NCBI RefSeq assembly: GCF_000315625.1
Contig: NW_005434633.1
Location: 155,867 to 219,866, forward strand
DNA length: 64,000 bases
Direction of reading: 5' to 3'
DNA from: Guillardia theta CCMP2712
Lineage: Eukaryota; Protista; Cryptophyta
The translations under genes were made by a program, and so were the position numbers. Of this stretch, positions 51,508-59,999 are shown piece by piece. The stretch's first letter is position 1; every line of letters starts with the position of its first letter. Below the pieces are notes generated by a model. It saw only the letters and a program-made list of their open reading frames with translations. It was not told the DNA's origin and did no database searches.

Positions 51508-52902
51508 GACTGAGCCAACAAGCTGCAGCCATAGAAATCGCTCTCATACCTATATTAAAAGCCTTTGTAAGCGACCTGACTTCCCTCACTGCTGGTAGGA
51601 CGAGGAGCAGAAGCTTGTGAGCAGCGAGAGCTCGCACGAGGCGAGAGTGCTCGAGCAGCAAGGAGCAGTAGCGTTAGTCCTTCCTCTAGGCTTACGAGGA
51701 TGAGCCTCTTGAGGCAGAAGGGGCTGCTGTCTGCTGATGGAGTCTAGCTCGCTTGTCTGGCATCGCCCGTACAGTAGAGGTGGCAGTGCACTTCACCTCT
51801 GAGCGATGCAGCGGAGGTGCCGTGAGCACTCGCTGTCAGCGTTAGCTCGCTATTGCTCGCTTCTCCTCTACAGCGTCAGGCCAGCTGAGGATGCAGCTAG
51901 CATGACGCTTGCAACAACCGTGATGAGCCCAGAGAGAGAGGGGATGAAGACGTCGCTCCTACAGGGGAGGAGGCAGATCTACGACGGTAGGAGGGAAGCG
52001 GAGGGGAGGGGAGGAGAAAGTGAGAGAAGCTTGAGCGAGGTTGGCTCTTGCCATCCCTAGCTGGAGGTCAGAGGTGAGCGGCGGAGGGTGTAGGTCATCA
52101 TGGCTTGTGCGAAACGGAAACTTATAGCAGATTCAGTCGTGTGACGCACCAGCAACGCTGATGGAGGAGGGAGAGAAGGATGAGAAGCCTTAGGGAGGGT
52201 GGAGGAGGGAGAGGAGGATGGGGAGGTGAAGAACAAGTATGCTCTTGCCCAGTCAAGACGTGGGGGGAACCTGTGGAACCCATGAAGCCTGCACGGACCT
52301 TGACAGGTGATGACGAATGTTTGAAAACGAGCAAGGGAGGAAGACGAGGGTTGTATGAGCGGTACGATAGAGCAGGAGCACTGCGGGTACAGTTGTACAG
52401 CAGCAGAAGCAAGACAGAAATCGTTGCACGAGAAAGAAAGCAAGAGAGAAGTTTTTTGATCTTGTAACAAGTGCTTGTATAACAAGGAGAGAGTACAACG
52501 AAGATTGCACTCTGGTGGTCATACTGTAGTACTTGGAGCACCGTGGCACCGTGCGCCTCGGGCCGGGCCCAGGCCCGGCGGTCTGTTGGGTTCGACAGGG
52601 CCGGCCGCGCTAGTCGGCGGCGCAGCGGCGGGCCGCCGCAGTTTCAGCCGAGCCGCTGAGCGGCCGGCGGCGAAGAAGCCACCTCAATGCTGCTCTCCCA
52701 ACTTCAAGCGTCCAGACATGAGAGGACCTTAGCGGCGCCGCAAGACGGCTAGGGAGGCCTACTCTTCGTCAAACGTAGTACATTGCCGCCTCCGACGGCG
52801 CAACACGTAAGGGTCGTCTTGGGTTTACATTTAACAGGAGAGGACTGGCACGGCTGGCATGCGATTGTTAGAAAGCATCCTCCATACCGTCACCCACTCA
52901 CA

Positions 52903-55900
52903 TCAGATGCGCAGAAACTCGACGAGGAATTCAGGGTAGGTCTGCCGTCGGTCGTAGACTATGAACTCGCGGTACATGAGCAGGCGGGCTCCGGGGTGCG
53001 TCGCGGTCGTGACTCCGATGACCGAGTCAAACACCCGATGGTCTGCCATCATCGGCGGTCGCCTCGCGTTGTTCATCGGCTGCACAGCCTCATACGGCGT
53101 GCCCAGCAGGGCTCGAACTAGGAACATGTGGCAGAGACCGTTGCGGTCGGGCCTGCAGTACTCGTCGCTCTTGCTCGAGTTCTCCGCCAAGTATATCCCA
53201 GCTCCGAACAAGCCGCTGAGACTGCAGACGCGCTCGTCTAGCCCCGCAGTCAAGATGGCATCGACGATATCTGGCTTGGTGCCATGGAAGAGGAACACCT
53301 CGTTGCTCGCTCTGTCGCACGCGAGCTCCTTCTTCATCCAGTCTCTCCACGTGGCCACTTTGCTCTTGGGATGGCGTTTGCCCAGCTGCATCGGTAGAGA
53401 GGCTGTTGCTTGTCGCTGGAGGGCATAGGCGGACCAGAAGTTCAAGTTTTCAACCCGGAAGACTCGCTCAACCCTGTATCCCGTGTGAGTCAGCCCTCTG
53501 TTGTTATTCCCTCTCCCGATGTACTGGGGTATGCATGTCGACGACATCAGCTCTTGTATCCTGTCCTTCCATGCTGCCGTAACGTCCACCTTGATCAAGG
53601 CGTGCAGCGGGTTCTGCTTGCTCTCCTGCCAGTACAAGGGCGGGTTGAGCACAGCTCGATCCTGTGCGAGCAGCTGCTTCTCTTTCTCAAGGTCTTTCTG
53701 CTTCCGTTCAAGCTCGGCTTGTTGCTTGCTCGCAGCCGTTATCTTGCTCTGCAGGTCATGCTGCTGCTTCTTGAGACGACCGTCTTGCTTGAGCAGCTCT
53801 TGTTTCTGCTCCTGTAGCTGCTGCTTCTTAGCTACGGCTTGGAACTCAAGCTGCTGGCCTTTAGAGGCTAGCTCCTTCTGCTGTTCTAAGATCTTCCTTT
53901 GCTCAAGCTGCACGTGTTCTCTCTGCTGCCTGATGTTCTTCTCTTGATCGGCTAGCAGCTGTTGCTGATGGACGAGCAAGGCCATCTCCCGATCCTGCGC
54001 CTCCTGCATCTTCATCCGCTCCTTGGCGAGGTGCTCGCGCTCTACGATCATGGAGTGACAGAAGTAAGCGTGGGCGAGGGCTTCGACTGACGAGAGTCTT
54101 GCACGAGGATCAGCTTCGAGAAGCTTCTCGATAAGGCCTCTCGCGTCGCCAGCTAGACCGGCGAGCTGCGTTGCATCATCAAGCGAGCCTCCTCTAACTG
54201 ATCCAGTCAGCAGCTCGAGCATCACGATGCCGTATGAGAACATGTCTGACTTGTGCGAGGCTCTTCGCTTCGTGCTCGAAGGGTTCACGAGCTCCGGGGC
54301 CATGTACCTCAACGTCCCGACCACATGAGTCCCTGACGTCACAGTAGCAACCAGGTCTTGAGCGCGATCCTTCTGCTCCTTGGATACGTCAAAGTCTGCG
54401 ATCTTGGGCTCAGCGTCGGGTAGCTGGGAGGACATAAGGATGTTGGAGGGCTTGATGTCGCAGTGGATGATTCGGTTCTGACGGAGGTGCTCTATCCCCA
54501 GCAGCACCTGCAGCAGTACCCTGTGCTTGTGCTGCTCGCTCGGTTGCACGCTCAGAAACCATTCCCACAGGGTCCCTCCCTCAAGAAAAGGCATTTTGAG
54601 GTAGCCCTTGATCAAGCCGTGCGCCTCCTGCTGCTCTTCCACGAAAGCTCCGTACATGTTGATGAGGAAGGGATGTTCAAGCCGACGTAGGATGCTGACC
54701 TCCTGCAAGAAACGTCTCCTGTGTTTGTCATCTTCAGACGACAGCCAGTACTCCTTGATCACAAACTCGTCTCCTCCCTGCCTGACGCGAATCACGTTGT
54801 GTCGAGCACCCGCATGTCCAGCTCGTGACAAGTACTTGACGACGTCATACATATCAAGCTTGTCGTACAGGCTGACGTCTAGTTCTTGCACCAAGTTCCT
54901 CTTGTATTCTGGGTAGTGATCGACTAGTGACCAGAGCCTGTTGTCAAGCATCTCGAGCTCCTTGGTAGAGGCCACAAGCTTCTTCTTGATCTCATCGATC
55001 TCCTCTTCGAGCTTCTCGCATGAAAGTTTCTTCCGTGTGTTCCATTCTACCTTGTGCTTGCAGGTCATGAGCTCATCTTCTAGTGCCTCCATCGCATTTT
55101 TCAGCTCATCTCGCTTGGCGAACAAGAGTCCGGGTTCCTCTAGGCCCTTCAGCTGCTCCGTGCTTGCCTGCACGACCTTCATGTTCGACTGCTGCCCCAT
55201 GGTGAACAACGTATCCCTTATCCAGATAACGGCAGTTTGTAAGCCCTCACGCAGGTGTGTGAAAGGAAAAGAGTCAAGGAGGGACTGGTCGCTCAGAATC
55301 ATCTCTTCCGACACAAAAGCTTCTTCGAGGGCCACGTGCACCTTCGGCAGAGCCTCTTGTAGCCCCTTGGCTTCTTCTCTGCTCCTCTCAGTTCCGCTCC
55401 CATCCAGCAGAGTCGTCAGCAGACGCAGCCCATCAGCGTAAGTACGAGCAATCTCAAGTCTCTCCTCCCTCGCGCGCATCAGCATTCGGTTGACACCTTC
55501 AACCCACTGCAACATCCTCGTCTCCACGTCCTCAAGCTGCTCTCGAAGCGACGCAGAGCTCGTAGTAGCAGCTGACTGTCCTCGCTCCTCGGAGCTTGAG
55601 GGCGTCGGATCGCCCTGACAGCACCTCAGGTAAGTCTCCAGCTTGTCTGTCAGCTGCTCGAGAGTCGTCTGATGACCCTCAAGGCTCTTCTGACTGCCAT
55701 GAAGCAGAGCAAAGAGACGATCCCACGCCGCCACCAGTGACTGTCGGACCTCGTCCCGTCTAGCGATGCCTCCTCTCAAGTCTTCGCCTGCTCCAACTCC
55801 AGCAGCTCCTTCGCTTGCCAGCTTTGCCACCTCTTCTTGCGCAGCTGAAAGATCATCTTGTAACGAACGCACCTCAGCCCAAGATTGCTGGACGCGACCG

Positions 55901-56310
55901 TAAGTGAGCTGACCAGCCCCATCAAGCACAGACAGACACGTCAGCAGAAGCTCGTGCCCCTCCTGTGCTGCCGCCAGCTCGGAGCTGAACATTCCCTCAG
56001 CCCAAGCAGACAGATCGAGCTTTGATGATGCAGCAGATGTCTTGTTGGCATCGTAACGCAACGCAAGCTTGACAACTGAGCGAAGAGAAGTAGACCGATC
56101 CAACGCGTCTTGACGCTCTTGTGCTGCTCTGGTCTCACGTTCCTGCTCCTCCTTGGCCCTTCGCTCCTGCTCCTTCTTGGCCCTTCGCTCCTGCTCGTCC
56201 TTGGCCCTTCGCTCCTGCTCCTCTTTCGCCTTTTGCTCTGATTCTCGTCTTAATTCATGCTGCAGCTGCTCTTGTGCCCTCAGTTTGCAGTGAGCGCAGC
56301 CGAGCTGAAC
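52903..56310 (-). CDS. Coiled-coil + Ser/Thr protein kinase + coiled-coil + tankyrase-like PARP catalytic domain fusion. This is a 3.4-kb terminal exon; small 5' exon(s) probably lie upstream.
   Basis: Kinase: FVIKE, FLQEVSILRRLEHP, IIHCDIKPSNIL, KIADFD, GTLRYMAPE, SDMFSYG. PARP: NEVFLFHGT, GLDERVCSLSGLFGAGIYLAENSSKSDEY, YREFIVYDRRQTYPEFLV. Acceptor ttcgttcag at ~56305, preceded by a candidate exon CNKANGWTQYEQ|gt. Confidence 0.9.
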   Translation of the reverse strand, partial: VQLGCAHCKLRAQEQLQHELRRESEQKAKEEQERRAKDEQERRAKKEQERRAKEEQERETRAAQERQDALDRSTSLRSVVKLALRYDANKTSAASSKLDLSAWAEGMFSSELAAAQEGHELLLTCLSVLDGAGQLTYGRVQQSWAEVRSLQDDLSAAQEEVAKLASEGAAGVGAGEDLRGGIARRDEVRQSLVAAWDRLFALLHGSQKSLEGHQTTLEQLTDKLETYLRCCQGDPTPSSSEERGQSAATTSSASLREQLEDVETRMLQWVEGVNRMLMRAREERLEIARTYADGLRLLTTLLDGSGTERSREEAKGLQEALPKVHVALEEAFVSEEMILSDQSLLDSFPFTHLREGLQTAVIWIRDTLFTMGQQSNMKVVQASTEQLKGLEEPGLLFAKRDELKNAMEALEDELMTCKHKVEWNTRKKLSCEKLEEEIDEIKKKLVASTKELEMLDNRLWSLVDHYPEYKRNLVQELDVSLYDKLDMYDVVKYLSRAGHAGARHNVIRVRQGGDEFVIKEYWLSSEDDKHRRRFLQEVSILRRLEHPFLINMYGAFVEEQQEAHGLIKGYLKMPFLEGGTLWEWFLSVQPSEQHKHRVLLQVLLGIEHLRQNRIIHCDIKPSNILMSSQLPDAEPKIADFDVSKEQKDRAQDLVATVTSGTHVVGTLRYMAPELVNPSSTKRRASHKSDMFSYGIVMLELLTGSVRGGSLDDATQLAGLAGDARGLIEKLLEADPRARLSSVEALAHAYFCHSMIVEREHLAKERMKMQEAQDREMALLVHQQQLLADQEKNIRQQREHVQLEQRKILEQQKELASKGQQLEFQAVAKKQQLQEQKQELLKQDGRLKKQQHDLQSKITAASKQQAELERKQKDLEKEKQLLAQDRAVLNPPLYWQESKQNPLHALIKVDVTAAWKDRIQELMSSTCIPQYIGRGNNNRGLTHTGYRVERVFRVENLNFWSAYALQRQATASLPMQLGKRHPKSKVATWRDWMKKELACDRASNEVFLFHGTKPDIVDAILTAGLDERVCSLSGLFGAGIYLAENSSKSDEYCRPDRNGLCHMFLVRALLGTPYEAVQPMNNARRPPMMADHRVFDSVIGVTTATHPGARLLMYREFIVYDRRQTYPEFLVEFLRI

Positions 56311-56640
56311 GAAGAAACCCGTCAATGATGGTCAGCCTGTCATGAAAATCAAGTCCAACAAATAAACGTGCACCTGTTCATATTGGGTCCATCCATTAGC
56401 CTTGTTGCACTTGATTACAAAAAGTCAAAAGATTGACAAGTTCCACGACTGAAATGAAACAAACTCACATTCTTGAGAATCGAGAGGATAAATATCCAAT
56501 AACACAAGTCAAATTCAGAAGATGAATGGAAAACTTGAATCTTACACAGCACTGTCTCCAATTAAACAGAGGCATATAAAAGTCAGAAGAAAACCAAAAT
56601 CAAAACTGTATTTTTGAGACAACCCTTTTCTGCAATTCAC

Positions 56641-57385
56641 CTCTCCTCCTCTCCTTCCCCCTCGCCGCCTCGTCTCTCCGATACTCACCGACTACGTACA
56701 GCCCCGTGCCCCCAGCCCGTCCGCCCGTCCAGCCGCCCATCCGTACATACACAAAGACTACATGTCAGCTCGTTGAGTCTGCCTCCCCGTCCCCGTCCCC
56801 GTCCCCGTCCTGATGCCGGTCCCTGCTCCCTGCCTTTCCTTCCCTCCTCCTCCTGTCCTCCCTCCCTGTCTCAGTCGCTGTTGCTTCCGTCCCTCTTGCT
56901 CGAGCATCTCCTCTCCTCCTCTCCTTCCCCCCTGCCGCCTCGCCCCTCCGATACTTACCCACTACGTACAGCCCCGTGCCCCCAGCCCGTCCGCCCGTCC
57001 AGCCGCCCATCCGTACATACACAAAGACTACATGTCAGCTCGCTGAGTCTGCCTCCCCGTCCCCGTCCCCGTCCCCGTCCTGTCCCCGTCCCCGTCCCCG
57101 TCCCCGTCCCTGTCCCCGTCCTGATGCCGGTCCCTGCTCCCTGCCTTTCCTTCCCTCCTCCTCCTGTCCTCCCTCCCTGTCTCAGTCGCTGTTGCTTCCG
57201 TCCCTCTTGCTCGAGCATCTCCTCTCCTCCTCTCCTTCCCCCTCGCCGCCTCGTATCTCCGATACTCACCCCCTATACAGTCCCGTGCCCCAAGCCCGTC
57301 CGCCCGTCCAGCCGCCCATCCGTACATACACAAAGACTACATGTCAGCTCGTTGAGTCTGCCTCCCCGTCCCCGTCCCCGTCTTG
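56641..57385. repeat. Tandem repeat, ~270-310 bp unit x 2.5, with internal (CCCCGT)n minisatellite
   Basis: Units start at 56641, 56911 and 57222 and share ccgcccgtccagccgcccatccgtacatacacaaagactacatgtcagctcg. Confidence 0.93.
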
Positions 57386-58682
57386 ATTCAGATCTCTTTT
57401 TTCTTCCTTTCTTGTTTTTCTCTGTTGCTCGTCATGTTTTCCCACCTTCTGTTGGTTTGGAGTTTTCAAAGTTTTTGCCAAGGATATACATGTTGGAAAT
57501 GTCAAGGGGAATTCATCGAATAGATGCTTCATTTACGCATTTTGTCGTGTCGGCGGTGTCCGCTTCAATGACGATCTGAGGAGCTCACAGTCAGAAGAAC
57601 GAACAGATGTCGAGCATGGAGCTTTAGCTCCTTCACTTTCCTGGCAAGCATGGCAGCGGGACATCCTCGCCATGTGAACATGAAGTTGCGATTGTTTTTA
57701 TACCACAAGAGTCTGCCCCAGAGAAATAGATAGACACAAGAAAAGGCACAAAATGTCAGATAAGAATCCTTTCAAGAAGTAGTACCAGCTGCCTCCAAGC
57801 TGGTCTACCATCATTCTGCAATGCCTGAAAATTCTCTTGAACCCTCTTACAGGAGGAACTAGTTATTACTGAACTAGTTACTGAAGCTCTAACTTCTTCC
57901 CATCCAGGCAAGACAACAACTGAGTTGCAAGTTGCCGCACTGCGTTCATGTCACCGTCTTGCTGCGATGTTCGTGGGTATTGCCATGTTCGTCATTTTCG
58001 TCCACCGGCGTAGATCGTCATCAATCGGAATAAGGGGTCCAACGGGTTTCGAAGGCAAAACCGGGACTTGGTGGCAGATACGATGGATACGATGCAAAGG
58101 GCTGCTTCAGAACAGACTAAATGTACGAGTCAAGAACAGTAGTAATGGGGAATTGTATTTCAACAAACTGACATTTGATGCTGGTTTTGATTATACAAGC
58201 GATGCGCTGCTCCTTGCGCGAGAATGGGGATGACAGCAAGCTTTCATCATCATGCTTGCCTGCCTTTACAAAGCGACCTTATACGCAACCACCTCACGAC
58301 ATGAAGGACGTGTCTCTGAGTGGGACCCTCGGGTCATTCAAAAGGACAAGGTTAGACAAAGAGTAGATGTTGTGTCATGTTCGACGACGAGATGTTGGGT
58401 TTAGTGCAAGTATATCTTAGATTAGGCTCGAAAACTTTCACACCACGATGATGCTGTGTTTGTTCAGTTTTCGCTCCACTGCCTGTTATGCATATGTTCC
58501 ATATGAAATTTAACCATCACCGTGAGTGTTGTTCGGATCGGTCAGAAGTTGTGCAAGATTCATCAGTGCTTTCAACACCACTACAATGCCGAAGAAGAAA
58601 CGAGGGTTCGCAAGAAATGTAAATGAACTTCTTAACACAGTTTGCAAGATTAAATTGAAAGAATACTTTATTAGGAATACAT

Positions 58683-58853
58683 TTACTCGTAAAGAGACTT
58701 GGTGTAGGTGGCGGTGGCAGCAACGTAGGCGTCACGGGCAGCCTTGTAGGGGCCAGTGGCGAGCTTGAGCTCGTTGGCAGCCTTCAAGTAGGCATCGCGG
58801 GTGGCGCGGTAGGTGGTGGCGTAATCCTCAAGGTCGAAGAGAAGGGCGAACAT
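58683..58853 (-). CDS. 56-aa protein resembling cryptophyte ejectisome ribbon proteins (Tri family/ejectisin)
   Basis: MFALLFDLEDYATTYRATRDAYLKAANELKLATGPYKAARDAYVAATATYTKSLYE*. Intronless, strong C/G-ending codon bias, internal YxAxRDAY repeat, TATA box ~35 bp upstream, ~6 kDa. The family call is from memory, not a search. Confidence 0.6.
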   Translation of the reverse strand: MFALLFDLEDYATTYRATRDAYLKAANELKLATGPYKAARDAYVAATATYTKSLYE

Positions 58854-58884
58854 TGCTGTCTTGCTTCCTCCCTCCTCGCTACTC

Positions 58885-58892
58885 TTTTTATA
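58885..58892 (-). promoter_or_regulatory. TATA box (TATAAAAA) of the 56-aa gene
   Basis: Minus strand reads gggTATAAAAAGag, ~32-39 bp before the ATG. Confidence 0.7.
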
Positions 58893-59999
58893 CCCTCCTC
58901 CCGTTGTTCTATTTCCGGTATCCCCACCCCCACCCCCCCATATGATACATCCCCACCCAATCAAAGTCCTTTGTTTGTAGCGATATCTACCGGGTAGAGA
59001 AACTCTGATACAGCACGGGGTACTCGCCAACCCAATGAACTAAACACGTGTTCATTCAGGACCGGTGAAGAATGTTGATGACCCATCATTTCATAGGAAT
59101 ATTCATTATTTTTATACCGGTACTTTGATGACCCTACCACCAAAAATTTTCTGATCACATGACTGTACGACCGTTGCTGTGGTTGTTCATTGGTGTATAC
59201 CCCTCTTCCAACATTGATTACCCCCGAATAGTATTGATTTTTCATAGTAAATGACCGGTACTTGACACTACCCCCACCCGTTCGTTTGAACTTCGAAAAA
59301 TAAGTTCTATTTCGGGTGCATAGAGCCGGCCCGGCCCGCCTCATCCACATACAAAAGTTTGAAAGTTTAAAGTTTGTATGTATTGTTCCAAGACACTTTA
59401 GATCATCAAAGTTTCAAACATTCAAAGTTCTTGTCCGTTGGAAAAAACGAACGAGATCCTCCACAATGCTTTCCCCACCTGCCCCTGCCCCTGCCCCTGC
59501 CCCTGCCCCTGCCCCTGCCCCTGCCCCTGCCCCTGATCCTGCTGCTGACCCTGCTGCTGCTACTGTTACTGCCTCGCTCCTGCTCCCGCCCTCTCCTCTC
59601 TGCTCTCCGCACATCTATATGACATTTATCATTCTTTTTCTACTGGCCTTGAGTGTTTCTATTCCTTCTTGCTTTCCCTCACCAGACCATACTTGTTGTG
59701 AGGGCCATATCCTGCTTCTCCGTCATTTTACACCTTGTCAATATCCACATTGAAACTTCATCAGTAATGTTTCTTCAGTGCTTAAGATTCTGATTTCACT
59801 TGAACCAGCTCGTCCTGGTTGCTTTTTCTTCACTCAACATCTGCTTTTGTTTTTCGCATTGTGATATCAAAATACCTCCTAAATATCTGCTCATGCCCTC
59901 GTATTGATGTTCTTGTTTTCATTCCACCATGTTCGCAATCGTTATATGTAGCTATCATGCTCATTTTGCAGCGTTGTTTTGACTCTTGCTGCTTTCAGA

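Noticed and set aside
51776-51800. Imperfect palindrome agaggtggcagtgcacttcacctct downstream of the ART gene
   Set aside because: A single short hairpin, plausibly chance, with no supporting Helitron or terminator context.
57480-58680. Further exons between the tandem repeat and the 56-aa gene
   Set aside because: Splice-like signals and short coding-like stretches exist on both strands, but I could not build a consistent gene model.
58683-59030. 115-aa ORF as called in the track
   Set aside because: Its 5' half runs through the TATA box and promoter island; the plausible start is the ATG at 58853.
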